A stretch of DNA of 64,000 nucleotides from Octopus vulgaris (lineage: Eukaryota). Position numbers and translations under genes: made by a program. Positions 27,221-40,512 of this stretch are shown here, in pieces (within the stretch, counting starts at the first letter, position 1; every line of letters begins with the position of its first letter). Below the pieces are notes generated by a model that was given only the letters and a program-made list of their open reading frames with translations, did not search any database and had not been told where the DNA came from. The DNA lies in the NCBI GenBank assembly GCA_951406725.2, contig OX597820.1, positions 113,274,001-113,338,000 of the forward strand, given 5' to 3'.

Positions 27221-27335
27221 TATAAATACAGCTGGGTAGGCTCCAGAGTGCTAGGTTTTGCAAACTGTATTCTGACCAATCAGTGTGTAGTATCACTCAA
27301 TTACTTAAGCTGATTGGTTGGTTGAGCTGATTGGT
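27221..27335 (-). promoter_or_regulatory. Putative pseudo-LTR promoter: three CCAAT boxes + TATTTATA (copy at 22950-23064)
   Basis: CCAATCAG motifs at ~27272-27283 and ~27310-27333 lie upstream of a TATA-like 8-mer at 27221-27228, followed by the HHR and the ORF1 ATG. Confidence 0.5.
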
Positions 27336-27651
27336 TTAGGCATCACGCTTTGTTGGACAGGTCAAGAGTCCTGTATCTTGACCCTGGCCGAAGCAGCAAT
27401 TGTTGGGTTATTTTTAGAAATGTTGTAAATATCCTTTGTCAGAGATTTTTATATTTTTATATTTCAATTGTCATCATCATCATTGTCAGCACCTTAATTA
27501 TTGTTGCTAGTGGTGATGGTGGTGGCAATAGAACTTTTAACCCTAAATAAGATAATTTTCCTGCTATCTTCGTCTTGATCACCTTTAGTATTGTTGTTGT
27601 TGTTAGTGGTCATGGTCGTAGCAGTGGAAGTAATACCTCTAAGTATTATTA

Positions 27652-28519
27652 TTATTGCTTATTTAGCTTGGGTTCGAATTTATCAATAAAATTCTTTTCT
27701 CTGATTTTCCTCTCGATTTCACTTGGGCTGTGTAATTTGTAGAATGGAAATATTATATATATTTTCCGACCACATGTTGCTAGGTGGTTACTCAAAGGTA
27801 TCTGACGGACCTCTGGGTCTCTAATCTGTTGCCGGTGTACACGTGAGCGTTCTAATAGTGCGTTTCCCGTCTGACCTACATATATTTCTTCACAATTTGG
27901 GCATTTGATGCAGTAAATTAAATTTCTGCTTTTGCAGTTCATATTCGCGTTTGTGAATATTTTCCCGGTTTTTGTGTTTATATATTGACCGGTATGTATG
28001 AATTGGCATGTGCCACATCGGCTATCATTGCATTTAGATACCGTGAATGTTTGGTCTTTGTTGCTGAGGTCAAATTTTGCCTTTGTTAGTAATGTTTTCA
28101 AGTTTTTAGGCTGTCTTTTACTAAGCACCATAGCTCGATCCTTGATTATGTCTTTTAATTCATTACTTTGGGCAATGATTGGAAGGTTTGCTTTGGCAAT
28201 GTTGAAGATATTCTGGTGACATGGGTTGTGTGTCACTATGAATGGTATGACTTGTTCTTGTTTTCCTTTTCCTTGGGTTGTCCTAAGTTGTTGTATAGGT
28301 ATTTTTATAGCCCGCTGTATGCCATTTTCTATAAGTAGAGATGGGTATTTTTGTTTGAGCAAAAATTCTCTTAGTTCTATTAGGCGTTTGTTCCTGATAT
28401 TTGCATCTTCTACAATAGTACAAATTCTTCTGGCTAGGCAGTATGGGATGTTACGTTTTGTATGTGGTGGATGGCACGACTTAAAATTTAGGTATTGATG
28501 TGTGTCTGTGTGTTTATAG

Positions 28520-28526
<7 letters not shown>
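27652..28526 (-). pseudogene. 5'-truncated duplicate of ORF2 C-terminus (thumb + GIY-YIG) in the upstream repeat
   Basis: Identical to ORF2 C-terminus except QGRGK to QGKGK. Confidence 0.92.
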
Positions 28527-28601
<75 letters not shown>

Positions 28602-29545
28602 TGTGTGTCGGTGCTTGAGAAAATAAATAAAACTTACGTTAAAAGTTTGCAGTTTTATTTTGATTAAAATGCCAGTGACTTCAAATCAAAACCAGTAGCC
28701 CTACATTTAGCGTCTTTGACTGTCATTCATTCCCACTCATAGAATACATAGAAATTATAAGATTGTAATTAACCACACCTACAAAATTAAAAACATGTGT
28801 ATTTGCTATTACTATTGTAGCTTACATTAAAAGCAACCAAATTAATCTGATATCAGCGCTAGACATGTTGATTAAGTTTTCATCAAGCGCTATTTGGTAC
28901 CATATGTAGTGCTTCTTTCCTGAGTTTCTTCCGTCATTCCAATATTTTATGGGAAACCGCAATAGAATTTTCGGAAAAATCAAATAAGAGATACATATAG
29001 TACTTCCCGAAACTCCAATCAGTAAGTCTAGCTGTAACAGCATTTATTAAAAAGAAAATAATGTAAACCGAAAATTATCGGAACTTCATAAAATGTTATA
29101 TGAAAAGAACATAAGACTTCCTAAAGCCTCAATCACTTTGTCTAGCTCTAACATCATTTAATATGGCTGGCTTTAGTAACAAGTGATTTATGTTATAATA
29201 GTAAATGTACATGTGTCAGTGGTACAGGAGATTTAGTTGAGGTTTCTTTTTTGCCATTAATTTAATAATAAAGTCTCTTAGCTTAACAGAAACTGGTAAG
29301 ATACTCTATGCACAATTTGATATCCGGTGATTATTCGAGGTCAAACTGATCGAAATATACTGTAGATGTAATTATTTATTAAGAAACGTTCGGCCACTAA
29401 CGATAAAGTTAGTGGTCTGAGAGGATATAATTGTATTAACAATAATTCAATACTCTTAATAAACGGCATGAATATAATGTATGGTTGAATACCTATACGT
29501 ATTTATATGTGTGGATATATACATAGCTATATATATTTATGTGTG

Positions 29546-29578
<33 letters not shown>

Positions 29579-29684
29579 TTAGAGATACCTCCGAACATAT
29601 AAAATATATTACACATTTGCAGTAAGACAGGATTTTAGTAAAAATCACAAATAATTGTGACCTTTCTTTTATCTATATATTTTA

Positions 29685-29904
29685 TCTTTTGCTTCTTTAA
29701 ATCATTAGACTGCGGCTACGCTGGGGCACTGCCTTGAATTTTTAGCAGAGTGAATCGATCCCAGCACTTATTTTTTAAGACTGGTACTTATTCTATCGAT
29801 TTAATTTGCCGAACTGTTACGTTATGGGAACATAAACACAACAACACCAGTTGTCAAGTGGTGATGAGGGGAAAACACAAACACAGAGACACACACACAC
29901 ATGC

Positions 29905-29960
<56 letters not shown>

Positions 29961-30363
29961 ATAATATTATTAGGGAATAAATCCAAATTTACAGGGAAAA
30001 ATCAGATTTAGGATTGAATCCAATTTTATAGTAAAATATAATATAATATTAATTAGAGACAAAACCACTATTATGCAAATCAAACAAAGAAAGACTTAAT
30101 CCAATACATAAAAAATTTATATAAATTAAATATAATTAAGATATCCACTACGATCGTTTCTTGTCACTTCTATTGACATTCATCAGGTGACTTCAGTTTA
30201 AAACTTGCAAAGTAGGTCTTGAAAACACCTGATGAATGTCAATAGAAGTGACAAGAAACGATCGTAGTGGATATCTTAATTATATTTAATTTATATAAAA
30301 ATTTTTATGTATTGGATTAAGTCTTTCTTTGTTTGATTTGCATAATAGTGGTTTTGTCTCTAA

Positions 30364-30419
<56 letters not shown>

Positions 30420-30520
30420 ACGACTGGTTTCTTTCAGTTTCCGTCAACAAAATCCACTAACAAGGCTTTGGTCGGTCCGAGGCCATAGTAGAAGACACTT
30501 GACCAAGGTGCCCCGCAGGT
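29685..30520 (-). mobile_element. tRNA-derived SINE (same family as 45182), interrupted in its internal (TA)n
   Basis: 29685-29900 and 30420-30520 match the reverse complement of the 3' and 5' parts of 45182-45588. Confidence 0.7.
30041..30374. repeat. 149-bp inverted repeat (30041-30189 / 30226-30374), each arm with an intact HHR
   Basis: CAC-CTGATGA-A-TGTCA-atagaag-TGACA-A-GAAA-CGATCG-TA-GTG at 30226-30269(+) and 30146-30189(-). Confidence 0.9.
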
Positions 30521-31177
30521 ATATTTTATATGAGTTAACTGATTCAAAATAATCTATGTCATTGCTTTCCACGCTACCTGAAATGTGACTTGGTTTTTCT
30601 TTCAGATGATGGTTAAGGTGATATTTACTTCTGTCGCTGTTATTTTTTAATAAGCTCACTGGCTATTTACGATACCAGTCCCGGAACTGGCACTGAGATT
30701 CTATGTACATCACTGACGAAGGAACCACTTCTATGTCTAGCCATGGGTGTCTGCCTTTGACAAGGCTAAAGAAGGCCGAAATCAGAGGAACTGGCAGTCT
30801 CGGCGGCGGTAGCAAACGATTATCTTCCGCCAGCGATATAAACACGAATGCTTATATGCATCACAAGTCCATAGAAGAGGTTCTCTCACTTTAAGTGGGG
30901 ATACATATTACCTTTTGCTAGCAATACTTCTTCTATCGCAATAAATTGTTTTGTAATATTTACACTTCAGAACAAGCAATCAGTTAAGGTTAAATTTCTA
31001 ATTTTCAAAGCTTATTCGGACTCCCTTCATTACTTCTAATGGGTTCAATTTCAAAAGAGGTGAGGATTTAGTGGGTTATCGGCTTTTGAAGTGTCCATAA
31101 AAAATATGTGCGCACACATTCGCACACATTCTCATATACAGCCAAACACACACAAACAGACACACACATATGCATAT

Positions 31178-31251
<74 letters not shown>

Positions 31252-31664
31252 ATGTATGTATGTATGTATGTATATATACACACACACACATATATACACT
31301 GACATACATACACGCATTTTGCGTTCTGTTCATGTTGGAGTATATGCATATAATTGTGGAGTTTCACAGATTTTTACACCAAAATTGGTCCATGGGGTTG
31401 TGAATTCGTAAGTTTGTACAAATTTTTGTGTGAATTATGTGATGTCATTAATATTTGCAATGCACATATATCTGTGTAATAAGGGAATCCAGAATAAGTT
31501 ATTGGGGTCGTGTGTTTTTTATGAATAATGTTCATATAATGCATCGGTGTGCTCTCATCCAAGTTGGAGATGTGTACTAACGTTCTTATGTGGTAAGCCT
31601 GATAATTGAGAAATTTCTTTATACATGAAACCGTTGGTGGCCTTATTAACCCACAAAGAATATT

Positions 31665-32498
31665 TACGAGAGAGTAGCCAAAAGTAACTGCAAACGTTCT
31701 CTGTGGGACAAGCCCGTTGTAGTTCAGGCTTCCGCTGCTAGAACCCGCTTATTGCCACCCTTCAGGCATCAGTATGTCGACCAGCGTTGTCGAGTGAAGT
31801 TGTACTGTCACATGCTGCGTCTTTATTTTGCAGTGCTCCTCCCCTGTTCGTCGATTTTTGCGATGGCTAAAACGAAGGAACAGCGTGCTTCCGTGAAATT
31901 CTGTTTTCTGCTGGTAAAAACAGTTGTCATGTTTCAAACAGCTTACAAGGGCGCTGCCATAAGCAAAACTCAAGATTACTAGTGGTTTTCATGCTTTAGG
32001 AATGGTCACTTGTCGCTTGAAGACCAACCTCTTTCAGGACGGCCGTCGACCTCTCGAAAGAATTAAAACGTCGTGAAAATTCATCAACTGATCCTGGAGG
32101 ACCATCACCGAACAATTAGTGAACTTGTTAATATGACTGGTGTGTCCTGGAGCCCTTGCCAATGAAAGTTGATCGAGGAATTGCGAATGAAAAACGTTGC
32201 GGCAAAATATGTGCCTCGTTTACTCACGGAAGATCAAAAGCAATCAGGACTGTCCTCATTGGGGACAAAAGCTGGTGCTACGGAAATGCAGATGTAGAAG
32301 AGGTGAAAAAAGCGATGGAGGCGTTAAAAGGTATCACTAAGCAAGAGTTCCGGCACTGTTTCGAATAGTAGAAAGCGCGGATGGACCGATGCATTGTTCC
32401 TAATGGAAAATGCTTTGAAGGTAATAAACATGTAAACATGTAAAATTAAGTGGGTGAAATAACACCGCAAAACTCTGGTTTCTTTCGGGTGCCCCCTT

Positions 32499-32501
<3 letters not shown>
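31665..32501 (+). mobile_element. Internally deleted, degenerate mariner transposon
   Basis: EQRASVKFCF, EDQPLSGRPST, AKYVPRLLTEDQK, GDKSWCY; TA-bounded eroded TIR-like ends. Confidence 0.75.
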
Positions 32502-32567
<66 letters not shown>

Positions 32568-32609
32568 GATAAACGTTACAAAGAGGCCTTAACATGTTTA
32601 ATAATTTCT

Positions 32610-32800
32610 TAAGGCAACGAGATGGCATTCCGGGAAAATGCTTAGCAGCATTTTGTCCGTCCTTACGTTTGAAGTTCAGATTCCACCGCGATCATCCTTT
32701 CGGAGTTGATAAAATAAGTAGCAGTTGAACGCTGGGGTCGACGTAATAGACTTATCCATCTTCCCCGAATTGGCTGGCCTTGTGCCAAAATTTAAAATCA
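32610..32800 (+). mobile_element. Diverged SINE (4788 family)
   Basis: gggaaaatgcttagcagc..catcctttcggagttgataaaataagtagcagttg. Confidence 0.65.
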
Positions 32801-32839
32801 AGATTTAGTAATATTCATCTATATCATTATATTGATAGT

Positions 32840-33908
32840 CGTTCCAAATTTCCACTCAAGGAAAATACTTGTGTTACATAAAATGTTAAGAAATCAGCGA
32901 AGCCTGCAATTAAACGTCTCCAAAACGCAGATGCAATAGTCATTAAAGAAGCAGGTAAAGGGGGAGTACTCTTTTCATAATGGATGCTAAATGTCATTGG
33001 CATTTAACTGAAGAAAAGGATATGAATTTTTAATCTGAAATACCTGCAAATATAACTCACGGCATTTATGAAGCAGCTCAGTAATCTGGTTTCAAATCAT
33101 CATAACTCATCATTAATGAAAGTGACTGCCTTAACAATTTTGAACCAAAACCCAGCAACTTTTATGGCTTACCATAAATACATAATCAAAGGAAATGCAA
33201 AATGTAGTAAAGGAACACGGCACAGTATGCATAAAATTACAACAACCAAAGTGTCTAAAGCATAAAGCTGTCATAGCTGGTCGGGCATATCCTACCGATC
33301 ACCCAAGTAATTTTGTTGACATCATTTTGAAACTATCGTATACCACATACTGAAGCTCATCCGAGATTATATTGGTTCCTCGACTCATCTACCAAAAAAC
33401 AACTGAGTCGAATTCGTTGCTGGTTAGCTCCGATGTTTTGAAACTACAAATATATTCCACAATTAGTCACAATGAAATATTGGATGGAAAAACAGATCGG
33501 TGATCGCCATTAGAGTCACCATAGATTTGATATCAGTTGCTGTCAGTCTTATCCTTGAGAATAACGTTCTTTTTCTAAAAATTATCTTCAGGTAAGTGAC
33601 ACGGTGATGGGGAATAAATTTGCTCCATTTTAAGCAAACTTGGAAAAAACTTGTATGAAAAGAAAAACTATGGCACTGACTTTAGAAGATATATAGAGGG
33701 TGCATGGAAGAGATGTTTATCTAAATTTGAATGTCACAAAGATGAACAGTACAAAATTACCGTTCCTCGATATAATGATGGTAATTAAAAGTAATACCAG
33801 TATCACATGGGATATATATACCCCATGTGTGTATGCGTGTATATATATATATATATATATACACGCATACACACACACATACACACACACATACACACAA
33901 ACACAAAC

Positions 33909-33947
<39 letters not shown>

Positions 33948-35190
33948 CATATATATATATACATTATAAAGACTCAGATATACATCAGTAATTGAACTTT
34001 AAATCATGCCAACACATACAAAACGTAAAAATCCTATAGTCTAACTCGGAAAATTTGTTCTATTCTTGATGATATAGTTACTAAGGAAAAACTACTCACA
34101 ACACTTAAGGGGTGTCTACTAAGACAAAAATATCCATTCTTACTTATAGAAAATGGATTACAACTTAGACCAACCCAAGAAAGAGGAACACAAGTCTAGA
34201 ATACTATACGTTTTCTAGTGAGTCACATTCTGTGGCATCAAAATATTTTTAATGTTGCCAAATCAAACTTGTTTACCAACAGACCAAGTAACGAACTAAA
34301 ATATTTATTACCTGTCATACACTTGTTCAAAGTAAAAGGCAGCCAAAAATCTTGAAGCAATTATTGATAAGATAAAGGCAAAGTTTGACCTGAACAACGA
34401 TGGTAAAACATGCATGGTATTCAAATGCAATGACAATCGGTGATCAGTTCATACATACTTGTCAGCATACCAACACAAAACCGGATGAAAATATTTCCAA
34501 ATACTAATATGTACTGCAAAAGTAGAAATCTCATCTACAGCATCAAATGCCCGTATTGTGAAAAATATATATATATTGGTTAGACAGGAAACTCATTATC
34601 AGAACGCACGCGTGTAGACTGGTAACAAGTTCGGGATAGTAATCACCAGATCCCATTAAGTAATCATTTATAAACACGCAATAAGAAAATGTTTTTCATA
34701 TTCCCATTTTACACTGAGAAACTTAAACCCATTCTGAATGGACAATAATATGAAGAAAGATGCCAGTATTGATATAAATTTGATTTTGCTCAAAAATGAT
34801 ATTGGCAGTATTACGAAAGTATAAATAAACCGAATTTGCACTTAATTTCATTTAAAAACATTGTCAGGCAGGCTATGGTCTGTAGCATTAGATGTTTTTC
34901 AAAACCTGAATGTAGTTGAACCCTCTGTTAGGGTCTCTGATTGGTTAATTTTTTTCTATGAGTAAGGACAGTCAATGTCAACTATGTTACTGTGTTCAGC
35001 TGCTGGAGTCTATCGAAGGCATTTAAAGGGGAAATTAATTCATTTCACTACAGTCACCAATTTACCTGTAAACTCTTATAAAACACGTAAGTATTCTAAT
35101 ATGTAATATTCTAAAATTGTAAATATACAAAAGAATAAAATGTAAAAATTGGACTGCGTTGGAATTTAATTGGCTTACATTCATGTGTGT
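32840..35190 (+). mobile_element. Old degenerate relative of the 22.7-28.5 kb PLE
   Basis: Collinear remnants: IKEAGKGG, PSNFYGLP, TKLPFLDIM, KYPFLLIENG, CKSRNLIYSIKCPYCE, similar 3' terminus. Confidence 0.85.
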
Positions 35191-35424
35191 ATGTGTAAAT
35201 GTATGTATGTATGCGTGAAGCACATGTAGCTGTGTGTATGCATTTATGTATATAAGTATATTTATATCTATCTATCCATACATATTGATGTGTCTCGCAA
35301 TAATTTGAATAATGGGAGCCAGTAATTGATAATCTCCGATCGTATACCGACCGGTGAAAATCAGGGGATATTAGAAGAGAGTGTCCGTTTCGTTTTATCA
35401 GCAGTCTTATTTAGTACAATGTCT

Positions 35425-35446
35425 TGTATGTATGTATGCGTGTATG

Positions 35447-35485
<39 letters not shown>

Positions 35486-35504
35486 GTGTATGTGTATGTG
35501 TGTA

Positions 35505-35555
<51 letters not shown>

Positions 35556-36078
35556 GTGTATGTGTGTATGTATGTATCTATGTATTTATGTGTGTATGTG
35601 TGTATGTATGTATGTATATGTGTGTATGTGTGTCTGTCTGTATGTATGTATATATGTGTGTATGTGTGTCTGTATGTATGTATGTATATATGTATGTATG
35701 TGTGTGTGTATGTGTGTATGTATGTATGTATGTATGTATTTATGTGTGTATGTATGTATGTATGTATGTATGTATTTATGTGTGTATGTGTGTCTGTCTG
35801 TATGTATGTATATATGTGTGTATGTGTGTCTGTATGTATGTGTGTGTGTATGTGTGTATGTATGTATGTATGTATGTATGTATTTATGTGTGTATGTGTG
35901 TATGTATGTATGTATGTGTGTGTATGTATGAATGTGTGTATGTGTGTCTGTCTGTATGTATGTATGTATATATGTATGTGTGTCTGTATGTATGTATGTA
36001 TATGTATGCACGTATGTATGTATGTGTGTATGTATGTATGTATGTATGTATGTGTGTATGTATGTATGTATGTATGAA

Positions 36079-36109
<31 letters not shown>

Positions 36110-36130
36110 TGTATGTATGTATGTATGTAC
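35425..36130. repeat. Degenerate (TG)/(TATG) compound microsatellite
   Basis: Read directly. Confidence 0.93.
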
Positions 36131-37435
36131 GTGTTTATAACATGTTAGCCCGCGTACACAAACGCTCTTCCTGGAAAATATATTCAGAGAGAACTATAAG
36201 TGATTTTGAAACGTGACAATCCTTATTCCGCTCAACTGTTATAACGACACATAATACATGGCAAGATAATTCTTTATTTCATTATCAAAGGACGCTTTTC
36301 TGGTTTCAACGCAAACTTCAACAATGACCCTTTCTTTTTATTGGCCAATGCTACTTGTCTGGTCCTACCTAATACAATGAGTCCGCACAGTTCTTGAGGA
36401 GGACAATTAGTAATTTAATTGGTGTGGTTTGGCTGTTCTTTCAGGCAGGTCGAATGATCACGTTCAGACTCCCTCGGTAACTCACACGTCATTAAGCATT
36501 CATAACTACTAGCATGATTGATTTCATTCATAATCTATCGATTTATATCGAACATGCTACTATAGAAACTTTAGAAAATGTTCACGTCTGCTGATGATTA
36601 TCGATTTTTCCTTCCTTCCTACCTTCCACCTTTCCTTCTGTCCTTTCTTATTTATATATTCATTTATTTATTTGTTCCAATGGGTAACACTTGTGAAGCA
36701 AATTCTCTAGAAGAGGAAAAAAATCCTCTAAATTATTTGTAATTTGGTATTTAGCTTCAAGATAATTTCTACAAGAATTTGCTGTAATATAATTAACATA
36801 TTTTTAATTGTTTCCTTAATTCATTAAGGCGTTTTATTTTGTCATAGCTTGAAAACTTAATTTGTATTAATATTGTTTTTATTTTACGATAGTAGATTAC
36901 ACAAATGATTGATCTAGATTCATTGCGAATTATCTTTTTCCCCTTGAGCATCTGTTGAACCAAGGTTTAAATACAACACGATGATATTTAAATTTTCACA
37001 GTAATTTAAAATTCTTAATCAAGCGACTGACTACTTTACGTAGTCGCCTGGCCGGCAAGAAATCGCAGTCAAGCACCCTTCAAATCAAACTTTACCCCTT
37101 ACAGAAAGAAATGACACATTCGCTATGGTAGTATTAGATAACCCATAAAAGATGGGATAGTCATATCTAGTAATCTTGTGATCATACGACAAGATCCCGA
37201 CTGATTTAGGGTTAAACAAGGATCCAGGAAAGGGAAAATAATGAACGAAGTAAATCAAGAAAAACTATGCCACTTTGTTCAATAGCTTTTTCTCTCTGAA
37301 AAAGCAAAATTTTCGGCATATACAACGGAAAGGAAAATTTGAAAATGCTTCATATAATGCAATATGTCTGTTACATCGGCCAGAGACTGGTATTAAATGT
37401 GAAGTGATGGAGATCGAGGAATTCGGTACTCACAC

Positions 37436-37469
<34 letters not shown>

Positions 37470-37474
<5 letters not shown>

Positions 37475-38620
37475 AACTTTATTTCATCAAAAAATTTAGA
37501 CCAAGTTTGAACACCCTGGGCCAGGAATATTAAAACAAAACATTGGTCTTCCGAAAAAGAAAAACGAAATTCTACCACAACCACTACGACTGCTCCCACT
37601 AGCACTACTACTACAACCACCGTGGTCACTACCATTACTGCTACGTTCAACAGCCTCTTCTTACTACCACTGCTGCTACGGCCACAGTGAGAGAATTAAA
37701 ATAGTGGAGGTGGGGGGAATTACAATTTCTCAGATCCTTAAACAGTCACTCCCGCTGGCAGTGGTATGTCTTAGGGAAGGAAGAATTTATAAAAAGATTT
37801 TTTTTCTCTGCGAGCAGATCTGATTTTGATTCGTCAAAAAATTGATGACGTTTTACCTCCGTGGTCAAGCTTGTCGCCCTGCTTGGTCGGTTTCCTTAGA
37901 AGATACAGTTATGGGGTCAGATCTGATTTTGATTCGTTAAAAAATTGATGACGTTTTTCTTCCGTGGTCAAACTAGTCGTTCTGCTTGGTTAGCCACCTT
38001 ACAGGATACAGTTATGGGTCAGATCTGATTTTGATTCGTTAAAAAATTGATGACGTTTTTCTTCTGTGGTCAAGCTTGTCGTTCTGCTTGGTTGGTTTCC
38101 TAACAGGATACAGTTATGGGTCTTTTCCTTATATTCGTTGAAGCTTGGTTTTGATTGGTTTGGAATTATATGACGTCAGTGAACAGTGCCAGAGACCACG
38201 GCTACTGCTGCTGTCACAGCCACAGCTTAGCTGATATAACCCCAACCACCACAAAGGTTACCAAAATTACGACCAACAGACGACGACCAAGAATCACTAC
38301 TGTTGCTTCCATTGGAACACAAGGTAAAATCTATAATGAACTTCTCCACTACACTCGACAAAACAGTTAGGAACGACTATGGATTTTTTCTATTATACTC
38401 TTTATAATATATTTGATAAGGTTCTCCTTTTTAAGGACATGGATTCTATTGAATGTATATAACATGGATTCTATTGAATGTACGTAACAATTATGAACTG
38501 TTCCATTATACTTTTTATTATAAAAAAAATTTTTGATAAGGTTCGTTATTTCAAGAACCGAAACATGTAGAATTAAAATTTATCTAATATAGTGGCGTTT
38601 TCAAACTTCTTTTTTACAAA
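37470..38620 (+). mobile_element. PLE 3' end: last codons of GIY-YIG, 3' UTR with 3 x ~102-bp repeat, degenerate HHR at 38528-38574
   Basis: KELYFIKKFRPSLNT directly after (TA)n; AATTT-TTGATAA-GGTTC..GAACC-GAAA-CATG-TA-GAATT. Confidence 0.65.
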
Positions 38621-38624
38621 TATA

Positions 38625-40512
38625 TATATATACTTTATTTAAAAGCAGCAGAAATTCAACAAAACCTGTTACTCTGAGTTTCACGTTCCCGTTCGTCGGA
38701 CAGTTTTTGTTAAAATAGAACCGATATGCCAATTCTATCAAGACTAGTATAAACGCTACACCTTTAAAAATGGACTTGTTTGATTGGTCCTTTCAAATAA
38801 CGGTAATTTTAGAGCGATAAACAAAAATGAGCTCAATATAAAATATAAAAATATATATAAAATTATAAAAGTCGAGGAAAAAACCTTACATCGAATCTTT
38901 GGTTAAAATACATAGTCATTAATAAAGAAAATATAATTAATACATGGAAATTGAAATTAAAATATTAAAATGCATTAAAATGTTTCACAACAGTACATAC
39001 TCATACTAAACTATACATATATACATCAACATACACAGATAGATGTGCGTAGACCACATACATATACAGACATATAAATACAAAACTAAAATATACACAC
39101 AAATGCATGTACACATATGTATACGCAATCTAGCTCCCATGCAAAATCACTGTATCCATATAGACTATAAGCTAAATTCATGGATGGGGAAGGGGCGTTC
39201 TTATTTACAACATAAAGCTAAAGACATAGGTAAGGGAGGGGGACGTAAAGTTACAGGGCTCTATACAAGTAATGAATAGGGAGAGAAAAAACGAAAGAAC
39301 GGAAGAGAGAGAAAAAAGAAAAAGAGAAAAGGGAAAAAAGAAGGAAAGGAAAGAAGAAAAAATTATAACATTCTGGCTATACGTTACGAGTTTTTGTATA
39401 CTAATATGTAAGCACATATACTAACACATATATTGAGACAAGTACGCAAACACACAAGCCCAAGTGGATACATGCATACACATATATTCGTGTATGTATG
39501 TGCTTAAGTACAAACATACGCTCACTTACACATATACAAAGACGTATGCTTACAAATACATATTCATGCCAATACACATATTCACGTAGAAATGCCTAGG
39601 ATCTGACAACATTGTTTTTTTTTTAAAATGGTGAGTGCATAATAATAAAAATTAGACGAAAGACATGCAAAATATAACACCCTATATCGGATTATCTATA
39701 AATTAAATTACCAAAGTGAGCCTATACAATATAATAAAATAAAATAAACTAAGTCGAAGGTTTTTCCTAAGGAATATGTAGAAATATAAACAAAATATAA
39801 ACAAAATATATGCACAAGACTTTGCTATGCGGAATGAAACCTGCATAGCGCGAAACAAATCCATCGGTGTGATTTAAAGACTAGTCCAAGAATTAAAAAT
39901 TCAAAAAGACAAAATATACGCTATCCATATGGGATATTTATGTTCGACATTTTAAATTTGGTTGCGTGCCTGCATGAGTTCAAAAGTTCGCTTCTTTGAT
40001 TCAAGGAATTATTGTCTTTGAATAAAATGTAAAATTTTTCTAACAAACAAAGATTGCATTTAAAATTTTTCTTGTGTGCCCCGTGCCTGTATGGTCTCTC
40101 TATCTAGAAGGCTCCATGTCACGTTGAAAGGTGGGGCTTCTTTTTCTTTTAGTTCCCAGACATATTTTGCCAGGCTGGTCTTCTTCCTATTTTCTGGGTA
40201 TCTAAATGAATTTTTATGCGAATAAAATCGCGTTCTAAACGAATTTTCCGAAGCCCTTGTATAGGTCTTATATTCAGATGAGCCTTCTATTTGTACCTTG
40301 GCTCTATAAACGACCCCTTTTACCAAACATTTCCCTTCCAACGGACAGGAGGATTCATCTTTACAATTGCATTTCTTAAGGGGATCGGCACCATGCTTAA
40401 TATCAATTAAATTCCTGTTGTGCTGGCTAATGTAAGAGGCGAAATTCCTGCAACAAGAATAGCTAATCTTAAGGGTTCTTCTATAAAATATTCTATAAAA
40501 TTTATGGTCCTG

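Larger units (their letters stand above)
22678..28526 (-). mobile_element. Young Penelope-like element (Neptune-like) in partial-tandem pseudo-LTR arrangement, inserted in (TA)n
   Basis: ~1.59-kb direct repeat 22664-24255 = 26935-28526 (offset 4271; one substitution noticed); intact RT-GIY-YIG; HHR in the repeat. Confidence 0.95.

Noticed and set aside
22664-28526. LTR retrotransposon, given the long direct repeats and two ORFs
   Set aside because: Repeats include coding sequence and lack TG..CA ends, PBS and PPT; no integrase or protease; the RT is Penelope-type
37843-37926. C/D-box snoRNA array (TGATGA..CTGA, 84 nt)
   Set aside because: Boxes pair only across repeat junctions, the C box lacks its purine, no rRNA guide was recognised, and the context is a PLE UTR
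37815-38122. CRISPR-like array
   Set aside because: Whole units repeat with no unique spacers; eukaryotic context and no cas genes
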